Notes: a model not told the origin generated them from the sequence alone. A stretch of 64,000 bases of DNA from an uncultured delta proteobacterium (GCA_963712115.1 CAVQGX010000026.1:76055-140054); one strand, 5' to 3'. Positions 31,665-42,030 are shown, counted from the first letter of the stretch. Program-made: numbers and translations.

Positions 31665-32954
31665 TTAACCGCGATGATCAAATACCCTCATGCTTTTGCG
31701 CTCAGTTCGTGGCAGACTGCCGTGGTCAATGACTTCCACTTCAGCACTCACCAAAATATGCTTGCGAATGTCCTGGGAAATACGACTGGCTATTGCTTCG
31801 TTATCTTGAGGTTTATAGCGTGGCCGCCGCTCTACTTTGAGGATCATGTAATCGCGGCCGTCTTCTCTTCGTTCGAGATGTACCTGGTACTCGCTGCCTA
31901 TTTCCGCAATCTGTGACAAGAGGTGATCAATTTGTCCGGGGTAAATATTCACCGCCCTGACAATGAACATGTCGTCCGAGCGCCCAAGGATACGGTCGTG
32001 CATGGGCAACGGATTACCGCAAGAGCATGGTTGGGGGATAATCCGCGTCAGGTCTCGAGTTCTATAACGGATTAGTGGAGCTCCTTCTTTGCGCAGGGTG
32101 GTGACTACCATTTCGCCCAATTCTCCCGGTTCAGCCGGCTCGAGGGTTTCAGGATCTATGACTTCCAATATGTAGTAGTCAGCCCAGTAATGGATGCCTT
32201 GGTGTTTACCGCAGTCCAGACCGGTTCCAGGACCGTATAATTCAGTAAGGCCGGGTATATCAAACACGTGTTCAACTCCGAGGAGTTCCTTGATGCGTCG
32301 GTCCATAGATTCGCTGTGCCGCTCTGCACCCAGAATGACTTTCCTCAGGGTTATTTGCTCCCGAAGGTTCCTCTTTTGCACCTCTTCTCCCATTAGAAGT
32401 GCCATGGAAGCGGTGGCGCAGAAGACTGTACTTTGCATGTCCACCAACATCTCACAATGCATCTCCGTATTTCCAGGGCCTACAGGCACCGCCATGGCAC
32501 CTAGTCTCTCGCAGCCCAATTGAAATCCGACACCAGCAGTCCACAGGCCATAGCCCACGGCTATTTGGACCCGGTCCTCTGCCGAAAGGCCCGCCATCTC
32601 ATAGCAGCGGGCGAACATGTTGGCCCAGTCGTCAATGTCTTTCTGGGTATAGCAAAGGACTTTGCGTTTTCCTGTGGTGCCCGATGAGGCGTGAATGCGG
32701 ACAATTCGGTCGAAGGGCACGGCCCTTAAGGGAAAAGGATAGCCCTCCCGTAAGTCATCGGCCGTGGTAAAGGGCAGTCTAATCAAATCATCCAGCGAGT
32801 TGATCTCCTCTGGAGTGATTCCAGCCTTCTGCAACCGCTGGCGATAAAAGGGTGAGTTCTCATATGCATGGCGTACTGTCCATTTCAGCCCCTCTAGTTG
32901 TAAACTCTTCAATTCCTCTAAGGTCGCAATGTTCGGCATGAACGTACGAGTCAT
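31665..32954 (-). CDS. Phenylacetate-CoA ligase family protein (intact motifs)
   Basis: RIHASSGTTGK, GLTELYGPG, RYRTRD, GRSDDM. Confidence 0.92.
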   Translation of the reverse strand: MTRTFMPNIATLEELKSLQLEGLKWTVRHAYENSPFYRQRLQKAGITPEEINSLDDLIRLPFTTADDLREGYPFPLRAVPFDRIVRIHASSGTTGKRKVLCYTQKDIDDWANMFARCYEMAGLSAEDRVQIAVGYGLWTAGVGFQLGCERLGAMAVPVGPGNTEMHCEMLVDMQSTVFCATASMALLMGEEVQKRNLREQITLRKVILGAERHSESMDRRIKELLGVEHVFDIPGLTELYGPGTGLDCGKHQGIHYWADYYILEVIDPETLEPAEPGELGEMVVTTLRKEGAPLIRYRTRDLTRIIPQPCSCGNPLPMHDRILGRSDDMFIVRAVNIYPGQIDHLLSQIAEIGSEYQVHLERREDGRDYMILKVERRPRYKPQDNEAIASRISQDIRKHILVSAEVEVIDHGSLPRTERKSMRVFDHRG

Positions 32955-33343
32955 AGCAACTTCTCCAAGTCGAACAAGATACCAGTTTTGATATGAGATG
33001 TGGGATGTGCGATAAGATTGATCTTTCTGGAGAGCCAAGATCCTAAATTTCACATCTCAGATCCCATATCTTACATACAGTAGTCAGTAGTCAGTAGTCA
33101 GAATTCAGTAGTCATTTGTTGATTCGAGAATTCGTTAATTAGTCAATTAGCAAATTCGTCGATTCGTTAAAACATAGAAATCGTTTTGAGCTTTTAACGT
33201 TAAACTTCTTATTTCTCGCCGCGTCTCCATGTCGCCGTATCTCCCCGTCGCGCTGAATTTGCCAACTGTTCGCTACTGGCTGTATTTCCCTATGCCCCAT
33301 ACCCTATGCTCTATGCCCCCCAATCCGAAATCTGCAATCTCAT

Positions 33344-34633
33344 CTACTCCTCAAACACGATTTGCCCTTTCTCGCTGGATAACGTACTCTCCTCAACCAG
33401 CTTAACCTTAATGCCCAGGCCGATAGCCCTTCTTAGGTGAGCTCTAATACTGTCTGCCAGAGCGTGAGTCCGGTACCAGTCCGAGACAAAGTTGGTGGGA
33501 TAGGCGACCTGCACTTCCAACTGGTCATTCAGACCGTCACGCTGGCGAATAATTAGTCGATAGTTTTCTACTTCGGGTGCTGCCTCCCCAAGCAAACGTG
33601 CCACCTGTTCTGGATAAATAGCTATACCGCGTATCATGAGCAAATCGTCTGAGCGACTCAAGGGCGCTGCCATCCGCATACTGGTGCGACCGCACGGACA
33701 AGGGTTGCAATCCAAAGTGGTAATATCACCTGTTCTGAAACGGATAAAAGGATAGCCTTCGTTGGTGAGAGTGGTGATGACCAGTTCACCTTTTTGTCCT
33801 AGAGTCAAAGGCTGGCACGAATGGGGATCAACGACCTCTGGATAAAAGTGGTCCTCCGCCAGGTGGAGTCCTGATTTTTCCTGACATTCCGCTGAAACTC
33901 CCGGTTCAACCATTTCGTTGACACCGTAGACTGAATAGGCCTGAATTCGAAGACGGTCTTCCAGAGTCCGACGGACGTGGGGCGACATGGCTTCGGGACC
34001 TAATAGTCCAATTTTGAGGTGTATCTGATTGATATCAATGTTTTGACGTTCTCTGGTCTCGGCAATGTGCATGGCAAAAGAAGGCGAGGTAGCGAGCACC
34101 GTACTACGGAAATCCTGCATGATTTGCAGTTGAATCGTGGCGGAAGCTATTGAGGTGGGGGCTACGGTGGCGCCCACAAGTTCCGCGGCCTGGTTAAAGG
34201 TGAAGGCACCGGTGAAAAGCCCATAGTTGAAAGCAACCTGAATAATATCTTTAATAGAGATTCCCATACCGGTCATATGTCGCGCCATCAGTTCCAACCA
34301 ATTTTGGACATCTTTCTGGGTATAGCCGATCACAATGGGTTGCCCCTTTGGGGCTGCAGAAAACTTGAGGCGGACAATGGATTTCAACGGCACAGAAAAC
34401 AACCCATAAGGGTAATGATCTGCCAGGTCTGCCGCTGTGGTACAAGGAATTCTCCTGAGATCTTCTAAGGAACTGATGTCTTCGGGCAGTAGACCTAGTT
34501 CCTCGAACCGACGTCGATAGAAATCTACTTTTGCATAGGCACGGTTGAGGGTCACCTGTAAACGTTCAAGCTGCAGCTCGGCCAGCTCTTCCCGCGGGAG
34601 AGTTTCAATGTTTTCGTTCCAGAAGGCTACCAT
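33344..34633 (-). CDS. Phenylacetate-CoA ligase-like paralog with degenerate ATP loop
   Basis: Collinear with its neighbour, but RLKFSAAPKGQP replaces RIHASSGTTGK. Confidence 0.85.
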   Translation of the reverse strand: MVAFWNENIETLPREELAELQLERLQVTLNRAYAKVDFYRRRFEELGLLPEDISSLEDLRRIPCTTAADLADHYPYGLFSVPLKSIVRLKFSAAPKGQPIVIGYTQKDVQNWLELMARHMTGMGISIKDIIQVAFNYGLFTGAFTFNQAAELVGATVAPTSIASATIQLQIMQDFRSTVLATSPSFAMHIAETRERQNIDINQIHLKIGLLGPEAMSPHVRRTLEDRLRIQAYSVYGVNEMVEPGVSAECQEKSGLHLAEDHFYPEVVDPHSCQPLTLGQKGELVITTLTNEGYPFIRFRTGDITTLDCNPCPCGRTSMRMAAPLSRSDDLLMIRGIAIYPEQVARLLGEAAPEVENYRLIIRQRDGLNDQLEVQVAYPTNFVSDWYRTHALADSIRAHLRRAIGLGIKVKLVEESTLSSEKGQIVFEE

Positions 34634-34861
34634 TCCTCTTTCGCCCTCCTCTCGTCTCAAAATGTCACAATGTCATTTGGGATTGGGCTTCGCCCGTCAT
34701 TAGGCCTTAAGGCCGTCATTTTTGGTCATGTGCCTGCGGCGTCATTCGGGCTAGCGCCCGTCATTTATGGTCACTTGTAGTTATTTGTCCTATTCATTAT
34801 CATCAATCATGACGACTTAATGACAACAAATGACAGCGAAGCGTAATGACCAAATGACAAT

Positions 34862-35599
34862 CTACCTTTCCCACTTCTCCTTGTAATCCTTGCCCAAAAA
34901 GGCACGGCGCACCTCATCATTTGCCAGAAGCTCGTCAGGTGTTCCTTCGAGAACAATGCGGCCAGCCTCCAATACGTAGGCCCGATCGCAGATTTCCAAG
35001 GCAGCCTGAGCGTTCTGTTCAACTAAAAGTATGGTAGTGCCGTTGTCCCGAAGCTTGCGGGTTACCTGCAGAATCTCCTGTGCCACGAGAGGTGCCAGTC
35101 CTAACGATGGTTCGTCGAGGAGAAGCATTCTGGGCCTGGCCATGAGAGCCCGTCCAATGGACAGCATCTGTTGCTCACCACCACTCAAAGTGCCAGCCCT
35201 CTGCTGGGTTCGCTCTTCCAGGATAGGGAAGAGAGTGTAAATTTCCTGACGCTGAGATTTGGCCATCCTTTTTTGCTCTTTTTTAGGGAGACTGTAGGAT
35301 CCCAATTCCAGATTCTCAGTGACTGTCATTGAGTTAAAGATCTGCCTCTGTTCCGGTACTTGCAGGAGACCAAGGCGAACCATCTTATCCGGTGCCAGTT
35401 TGTGAATCTCCTGACGCTCAAAGAAAATACTGCCAGAACTGGCTGGGTGCAGCCCGCTAATCACGTTGAGCAGGGTGCTCTTTCCCGCACCGTTGCCCCC
35501 AATAAGAGAGACTATCTCTCCTTTGTTGACATGGAAGGTCACCCTGCGGAGCACCTGAATATTTCCGTAATATGCCGAGACGTTCTTTACGAGAAGCAT
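34862..35599 (-). CDS. LivF-like ABC ATPase
   Basis: GGNGAGKST, LSGGEQQM, LLDEPSLGLAP. Confidence 0.95.
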   Translation of the reverse strand: MLLVKNVSAYYGNIQVLRRVTFHVNKGEIVSLIGGNGAGKSTLLNVISGLHPASSGSIFFERQEIHKLAPDKMVRLGLLQVPEQRQIFNSMTVTENLELGSYSLPKKEQKRMAKSQRQEIYTLFPILEERTQQRAGTLSGGEQQMLSIGRALMARPRMLLLDEPSLGLAPLVAQEILQVTRKLRDNGTTILLVEQNAQAALEICDRAYVLEAGRIVLEGTPDELLANDEVRRAFLGKDYKEKWER

Positions 35600-35844
35600 G
35601 GCTGTATTCTTGTCTGTTGTCCGCGGTCCGTAGTCCGTTGCTCGAATCGTTCAAGCCGTTCAAGTCGTCCATCACAGAGGTCATCGGAGATCAGAGATCA
35701 GCTTTTCCCTTTGACCTCCGACATCTGATGTCTGACCTCTGGTTTCTGCCAGTTGCTAGCTGCCAGCTTTATTTTCCCTATGCTCCATGCCCTATGCTCT
35801 ATGCTTTTGACAAAACGAACAACTCGACAGTGCGCATGAACCAA

Positions 35845-36627
35845 CTACGTGGAGCCGCCACCTAAATACGCCCGGATTACCTCCGGATCCCTTTGGATCT
35901 CCTCGGGTGAACCTTCAGCGATCTTCAACCCGTGATGTAGGACAATGACCCTATGGGCTATGCTCATAACCAAATTCATGTCATGTTCAACCAGTAGAAT
36001 GGTTAGGCCGTTTTGCCGCAATCCCTTGATAATGTCACCCATCTCCTCCGTTTCCCGGATGTTGAGACCCGCAGCAGGTTCGTCCAAAAGCAGTAAACAG
36101 GGGTCAGACACGACGGAACGGGCAATTTCCAAACATCTTTGTTCTTTCAGGCTAATGCTGTCCGCCTTTCGGTAAGCTAAATGGCCGATGCCGAACTTCT
36201 CCAGTGTATCTCCGGCCTGACCTATTGCCTTTTTCTCCTCTTGCCGTTCTGCGGGCAAGTGTACCATACCTTTGAGAAAACCGCTGCGCAACCGGTGGTG
36301 CAGCCCCAGTAAGACGTTCTCCATTACGGTCATATGCTGAAAGATCTGGACTGACTGAAAAGTTCTTGCCACTCTTTTTTTGGCAATCTGGTAAGGCTTT
36401 AGCCCTGAAATGCTTTCTCCATCGAGCAAAATCTCACCACTGGTTGGAGGATAGACCCCAGAGATAAGGTTGAGTATTGTAGTTTTCCCCGCGCCGTTTG
36501 GGCCAATAAGAGATACGATTTCACCTGAGTCCAGACGGAAGGAAACGTCCGCAATCGCCAGCAACCCATCGAACTGCTTTTTAACTTCTTCGAGGTGTAA
36601 TAGGGTGCCGTTAGTTTTCATTGCCAT
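35845..36627 (-). CDS. LivG-like ABC ATPase
   Basis: GPNGAGKTT, LLLDEPAAG, VEHDM. Confidence 0.95.
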   Translation of the reverse strand: MAMKTNGTLLHLEEVKKQFDGLLAIADVSFRLDSGEIVSLIGPNGAGKTTILNLISGVYPPTSGEILLDGESISGLKPYQIAKKRVARTFQSVQIFQHMTVMENVLLGLHHRLRSGFLKGMVHLPAERQEEKKAIGQAGDTLEKFGIGHLAYRKADSISLKEQRCLEIARSVVSDPCLLLLDEPAAGLNIRETEEMGDIIKGLRQNGLTILLVEHDMNLVMSIAHRVIVLHHGLKIAEGSPEEIQRDPEVIRAYLGGGST

Positions 36628-36649
36628 TGGCGAAGCGCCCTCTCCCTTC

Positions 36650-36830
36650 AGACGACTGTGTCACAATTCGCCGAAGCCGTCATTCCGGATGAGTCCGCCG
36701 AAGTATAGGCGGGCGAGGTCCGGAATCCAGCGAGGTTTCAATATAGTCTGATTCTTCCTGGATCCCGGCTCGCGTCCCGCTTTGCGAGACTTGGCCGGGA
36801 TGACTTATGGTGCAACAGCCTCCAGGGTTA
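36650..36830. repeat. REP-like palindrome (GTCATTCCGG...CCGGAATCCAG / CTGGATCCCGG...CCGGGATGAC)
   Basis: Two inverted arms, each containing an internal hairpin. Confidence 0.7.
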
Positions 36831-36851
36831 TGGAGGTTTTTTTGTAAGATT

Positions 36852-37817
36852 CTATTCTGATAACAAAATTTTCTTTGACCGCTTCTGAGACCATAGCTTT
36901 ACCAGTCCCGGCAGCAAGCCTTCCGGAAAGAACACCAGAACTCCCATCAGGATTACCCCATAAAGCAGGAGGGCGTAATCACGCATGGCATGGAGCACTT
37001 CAGGCAAAGCCGTGAGCAATGCAGCGCCCAGTAAACCTCCCCAGAGATTACCTATACCCCCCACCACCACCATAGTGACAACCTGAATGGAATAAAAGAT
37101 GTCAAAAGTCTTGGGACTGATAAATGAGAGGTAGTGGGCATAAAGGCTCCCCGCCAGAGAGGCATAGGCTGCGCTGATAGCAAAGATGACAATCTTGTAG
37201 CGTTCGGTGTTGACTCCCAGGGCATTGGCTACAAGTTCATTTTCATGAATAGCTCGAAGTGCCCGGCCCACGCGGGAATCCACCAGGTTAAGAGAAACAA
37301 AGAAAACTAGCAGGAAAAAGGACCATAGTAGCCAGTAATAGTGGAGGTCACCCTGGATGGTAAAAGACCCCAGGTGGAGAGGAGGGATTCCAGAGAAACC
37401 AGATGGCCCACCAGTCCAATATTCCATCTGGACCATAAGAATGTAGAGGATGATGTTAAAGCCCAAGGTTGCCATGACCAGGTAGTGGCCCGCAAGCCTA
37501 AGAGTTGGTATACCCAACACATACGCGACCGCAGCAGTAAAGACCATTACCGCCACTAAAGTCGGCCAGGGCGGTGTATTATACATGGCGGTAAAGATGG
37601 CCGAGAAGTACGCCCCCATCCCGAAAAAGGCCGCATGGCCCAGTGAGATTTGACCAGCAAACCCGATCAGCAGGTTCAAGCCAAGGACCACCAGGCCGTT
37701 TATCGCAATAATATTCAGGACCAGCAGGTAGTAGCCTCCTTTGACTACGAGGGGAAGCAGGGCCACTAGCCCTGTCAGTCCAAAGAAGTAAATCCATTTT
37801 TTGTGGGTCTTAGACAT
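36852..37817 (-). CDS. LivM-like ABC permease
   Basis: GQISLGHAAFFG, SRVGRALRAI, multiple TM segments. Confidence 0.95.
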   Translation of the reverse strand: MSKTHKKWIYFFGLTGLVALLPLVVKGGYYLLVLNIIAINGLVVLGLNLLIGFAGQISLGHAAFFGMGAYFSAIFTAMYNTPPWPTLVAVMVFTAAVAYVLGIPTLRLAGHYLVMATLGFNIILYILMVQMEYWTGGPSGFSGIPPLHLGSFTIQGDLHYYWLLWSFFLLVFFVSLNLVDSRVGRALRAIHENELVANALGVNTERYKIVIFAISAAYASLAGSLYAHYLSFISPKTFDIFYSIQVVTMVVVGGIGNLWGGLLGAALLTALPEVLHAMRDYALLLYGVILMGVLVFFPEGLLPGLVKLWSQKRSKKILLSE

Positions 37818-38068
37818 AACAAAAGAGTCCGTGGCAATTAAGGCTAACTAGATGGCACAAGGCGCAGGGCGCAAGGCAGCATTAGGTCATTATGCTCCGC
37901 GCTGTCGCGCTTCGCTGTCACTAGGCTCCGCCGTCATTAGGCCTTACGGCCGTCATTATGTTGTTACAATAAATGACCATGAATGACAGCGTAGCGTATT
38001 GACGCGAAAGCAAATGACTCTCCGCTGGCCGCTGATTTAACCGCTATGCCCTATGCTCTTTGCTCTTT

Positions 38069-38956
38069 CTATACTCGCTTGATCTCTTCCTTGCCAAACA
38101 GCCCTGTGGGTTTGATAAAGAGCACCAGCAACAGGATAAGAAAAGCAAAGGCGTCCTTGTAAGCAGATGAGACAAAGCCAGCACCAAAGGTTTCCATGGC
38201 CCCGAGAAGAAGTCCACCCAGTACTGCGCCCTTCATGCTGCCGTAACCACCCAATATTGCAGCAGCAAAGCCTTTTAGTGCCAGCATGACCCCAGCGCTG
38301 TATGACATAGTGGTAATTGGGGTAATAATGATACCGGCCACCGCTCCGATCCCGCCACTGAGAACGAAAGAAAGCAATGTCATGCGGTATACGCCTATAC
38401 CAATAAGGGCAGCCCCTCGCCGATTCTCAGCCACTGCTCTCATGGCTTTGCCTACCATGGTGCGACTGAAAAAAAAGCCGAGCAAAACAACTACCAGCAG
38501 GGTGATTCCCAGGATCCAAAGAGTTTGGGGTAGGATAGCAGCACTGCCTAGGATCAATGGTTCATCACCAGAAAAAGGCGGCAAAGTCCGCGGGGTTTTA
38601 CCCCATATATGCATGGCCGTTTCCCGCATGGTGATAGAAGCGCCCACGGTGATCATCACCAGAATCAGAATGCTGTCCGAGCGAGCCCTACGAATAGGTC
38701 CAATCTCCATTAACCAACCCACTACCATTACAGCTAGCACCGCCAGAGGAAAGGCTATGAGCAGCGGAAGTCCAGCAACCTGGGTGAGGCTGATCATGGT
38801 CATGGCGCCGAGCATGACAAACTCTCCCTGGGCGAAGTTGACAATGCCTGTGGCGTTATGAATGATCCCGAAACCCAGGGCAATGAGGGCATAAATACTG
38901 CCACTAGTGAGTCCTGATACAAAGAATTGAGGGAGCTGAGACCAGATCATAAGCAC
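38069..38956 (-). CDS. LivH-like ABC permease
   Basis: GSIYALIALG, VNFAQGE, KGFAAAILGG, KPTGLFG. Confidence 0.95.
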   Translation of the reverse strand: MLMIWSQLPQFFVSGLTSGSIYALIALGFGIIHNATGIVNFAQGEFVMLGAMTMISLTQVAGLPLLIAFPLAVLAVMVVGWLMEIGPIRRARSDSILILVMITVGASITMRETAMHIWGKTPRTLPPFSGDEPLILGSAAILPQTLWILGITLLVVVLLGFFFSRTMVGKAMRAVAENRRGAALIGIGVYRMTLLSFVLSGGIGAVAGIIITPITTMSYSAGVMLALKGFAAAILGGYGSMKGAVLGGLLLGAMETFGAGFVSSAYKDAFAFLILLLVLFIKPTGLFGKEEIKRV

Positions 38957-39227
38957 AAAGCTGCTAGTTTGGTTGTTTTTTGATCAGTCTATTTTTTCTC
39001 AACTTCGAATCACCAAAATTCAAAACAGAACGTTTTTGCCACTGGCAAAAGGGAATGATTTTTGATGTGAAATCAAGTTTCGGTCATTTGAACTTAGGAT
39101 TTTGGATTTGTTTGGATATTCGAATTTCGATATTCGGATTTGATGAGTTTACTCATCGCTGGCCTCAATGGGGGCCAGAATAGAGATTTTGTAATAGGTC
39201 AGCAAATCTCTATGAACAATCCGGCCC

Positions 39228-39266
39228 AAAAACAGAAAAGCCGTGAGCTTTAAAGCCGCCCACGGC
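39228..39266 (-). terminator. Attenuator terminator
   Basis: GCCGTGGGC-ggctttaaa-GCTCACGGC followed by TTTTCTGTTTTT. Confidence 0.8.
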
Positions 39267-39290
39267 GATAATCTTGTGACCGGAATCAGT

Positions 39291-39359
39291 TCATGTGGGC
39301 CTGTGGGCGGACCTATCCTTGGAACTCCACCACCAAGGCCATGAACGATTCAGGTGCAT
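39291..39359 (-). CDS. Trp-rich attenuator leader peptide MHLNRSWPWWWSSKDRSAHRPT
   Basis: GAGG RBS; 4 Trp in 5 codons; CCGCCCAC(A)GGC within the ORF is complementary to the terminator 5' arm. Confidence 0.8.
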   Translation of the reverse strand: MHLNRSWPWWWSSKDRSAHRPT

Positions 39360-39645
39360 CCGCTAACCTCTTGGAAACAGGAACCTAAGTCAATTTCGCT
39401 ACATAGCAGACCCGCGGTTGGAGTGTCAAGGGAAATTCAGCGGAACGAAGCATAGGGCATAGGGCATAGGGCATAGAGCATAGAGTAAGTAGCCAGAAGT
39501 CAGAATCCAGGATTCAGGAGAAAAGCAATCAAGATGGAATTCCCTGCAACTTCTGGCATTTTCGCCGTGTCTCCGTCTCGCCGTTTCACCGTGTCGCCCT
39601 GCAGTGCCTAGTTGAAATGGATGCCTACTCCAAAGTGCCCAGCAG

Positions 39646-41511
39646 TTACTTCTCCGCGCCACATAACACCTTGTGCGGTTCCTCATTAACCGCCAAGCTC
39701 AGAACCTGCTCACCCTCTCGAAACATGAGCCGTTTGGCAACCATATGAGAAATAAAATTCTGCAGCTTATCGAAAGACAAGCTGGGAAATTCATGGAGGA
39801 TCTGGCCCTGAGTTCGACGTGTTTCACAAAAGCGATAAATACCCCGCGAGGATCCCTTGAGTCGAAAGGTCTCCATCTCGTAATCTTTGGTTCGCCGACG
39901 GATTAAGAGAAAATCTCCTCCGTCACGGTAGCCAAGCAAAGGGGCAGGGAAATGGTCTTTTCGAAGTGAGTGGTATCGCTCTTGCCAGCTGGCAAGCTCC
40001 CTAGCTACCGGCCGCCAGAGTTTCTTTTGTTTGGTGCGATCGCCTCTGTATGTTTTTATCATTAGGCAGAGGGACTCTGCGAGTGAGTGCGGGAGCAACT
40101 TCTTATAGTGTGGGTGATTGGCCACACTGCGGATGCCAAATTGTTCCGGGTGAAGGTGCACCGGGCTATTTTGCCCCAGCCAGAAAAGGACTTTGCGAAG
40201 AGGTTGATAGGGTAGGACAAACTTGAGATTGTTGAGGGTTTCCTCAACATCATTGCCATCGCTTGTTGGAAAGCCCAGGATCAGGTTGGATGAATGCTGG
40301 ATGCCCAGTTCCTCGCAGTGTTTCATCATCTCGATGTTTTGGATGGCCGTGGTCCCTTTGTTTATTTTATCAAGGAGTCTGGTGCTCAGGGCCTCAACTC
40401 CAATCTGGACCTGATTGACCCCGGCTTTCCGCATCTGAATGAGATCGCCACGTGAGACAGATGACCTTAATTCAGCAAAGATCTCGAAGCTCCGATCTAT
40501 ATCAGTGATAGATTTGAAGAGTCCTTTGAGCTTGCGGCTGTCCAGAATGTTGTCAGTAAAGGAGAATTTCAGACTAGAGTGTTTGCTGGCCAACTCTTCC
40601 ATTTCCCGCGCTACTTGAATGGGTTCTTTGCTCCTGTACCCTCGCCACTGCAAATTAAGATTGCAGAATTTGCAGGCACGATCGACCGAGCCAGACCTTA
40701 CTCTTTGCCACCAGCATCCTCGAGAGGTTTCCACCGGTAGATTGGGTATTAGGTTGGACAAACGAGATTGACGACTTAATTGCTCAAAATAGTCACTGTA
40801 GTCTGGCACAGGAAGTTCTTTCAGGTTCAATAGCTGTTTCAGCCCTCCCCCATTGATATTACCCTGGTTATCCCGCCAAAGCAGGCCGGCAGGGTCATCA
40901 CCTTTGAAGTCGCCATTCTTGATTCGGTTAATCAAAGTTAACAGCGGCAGTTCACCCTCTCCGCTCGCCACGAAGTCGATCTCAGGTGAGTTGGCAAGGA
41001 GGGAGTAACCCAGTTCGCCTGCGCAACTTGATCCGCCAACCACTATGGGGCAAGGGGGATGATGCCTGCGGATCTCCCTGATCATATAGAGAGATGAGGT
41101 CAATTGGGAAAGACAGATTGAAAAACCGATGAGATCATAAGAAGACCAAGCCAGAGTGAGATGTTTCCTTTGGTGCAAGCGGTGAATCTGTCTGGAGATA
41201 TTTTCAAGATCTGGAGAATCCCCTTTTGCCTTGGCACTATACTCCTTGGTAACTAGATCAGTTATTTCACGTCTTCCTGTCGGGTTGAACAGATAAGCGT
41301 AAACGGATTCTGCTACCCAGGTTCGCTCGGCAATATCATTGTAGGCTTTGAGCCCCAATAAATTGCCCACCTCGAGGTAAGGATGGTAACAGTCAATCTT
41401 TACGTCTGCCGCTTTGTTTTCGATGAAACTCTTTAGGGTGCCTAGTTGTATGGAAGGTCGGTTGGCCAAGGGCCAAGGCATGGATATGAGAGCGAGGCGG
41501 AATGCCGCCAT
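39646..41511 (-). CDS. B12-binding radical SAM enzyme, RiPP C-methyltransferase-like (TIGR03975-like)
   Basis: LISMPW..PSIQLGTLK, GGSSC, GEGE, ETSRGCWW...CKFC, QIGVEALS. Confidence 0.85.
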   Translation of the reverse strand: MAAFRLALISMPWPLANRPSIQLGTLKSFIENKAADVKIDCYHPYLEVGNLLGLKAYNDIAERTWVAESVYAYLFNPTGRREITDLVTKEYSAKAKGDSPDLENISRQIHRLHQRKHLTLAWSSYDLIGFSICLSQLTSSLYMIREIRRHHPPCPIVVGGSSCAGELGYSLLANSPEIDFVASGEGELPLLTLINRIKNGDFKGDDPAGLLWRDNQGNINGGGLKQLLNLKELPVPDYSDYFEQLSRQSRLSNLIPNLPVETSRGCWWQRVRSGSVDRACKFCNLNLQWRGYRSKEPIQVAREMEELASKHSSLKFSFTDNILDSRKLKGLFKSITDIDRSFEIFAELRSSVSRGDLIQMRKAGVNQVQIGVEALSTRLLDKINKGTTAIQNIEMMKHCEELGIQHSSNLILGFPTSDGNDVEETLNNLKFVLPYQPLRKVLFWLGQNSPVHLHPEQFGIRSVANHPHYKKLLPHSLAESLCLMIKTYRGDRTKQKKLWRPVARELASWQERYHSLRKDHFPAPLLGYRDGGDFLLIRRRTKDYEMETFRLKGSSRGIYRFCETRRTQGQILHEFPSLSFDKLQNFISHMVAKRLMFREGEQVLSLAVNEEPHKVLCGAEK

Positions 41512-41849
41512 CAGTGAGGTCTCTTCATCCAAACAAGAGCTAACTCCGCAGAGGGATTGTATTTACAAAAACGCATTTCGGAGGTCTTATCCACTGATTG
41601 CTTCAGGGATATAATCCGGTCGAACTCACGGTTGACCACGACCTGACAAAATCCCATTTCCTCCTCTGCAGAGAGAAACAAAAGATCGCTGGGCAAGACG
41701 GACCTTGCCATTAAAGCCATATCGTCATCGAGGAGATCACTGCTGCAGATCCTGTAGCAGGCTCCACAAGCGCAACTATAGACATCGTCGAAGTCAAGGG
41801 GAACAGGGTGTTTTCTCTCACAAAAGGGGCAAACGATATTGAGGTGCAT
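41511..41849 (-). CDS. Small Cys-rich (zinc-ribbon-like) hypothetical protein
   Basis: CPFC...CACGAC..C; stop overlaps the rSAM start (TGATG). Confidence 0.75.
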   Translation of the reverse strand: MHLNIVCPFCERKHPVPLDFDDVYSCACGACYRICSSDLLDDDMALMARSVLPSDLLFLSAEEEMGFCQVVVNREFDRIISLKQSVDKTSEMRFCKYNPSAELALVWMKRPH

Positions 41850-42030
41850 GGGGAAATCTCCGTTCTAGTTTGTCGCTGACACCAGTCTGGCCAGGGTGCA
41901 AGCCTAGTTCAATCGAGACAAGGAAAGAAACCACAGTAAACTCAGAGGGGTATCTATATCATAGATGCTAGAAATGTGGCACCATTTATTTTGCTCACTC
42001 TCTGACATTTGTGTTCTCCGTGCTATGAGT

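Noticed and set aside
39291-39359. WPWWW peptide as RiPP precursor for the neighbouring radical SAM enzyme
   Set aside because: Own promoter plus antiterminator/terminator geometry fits attenuation much better; not formally excluded
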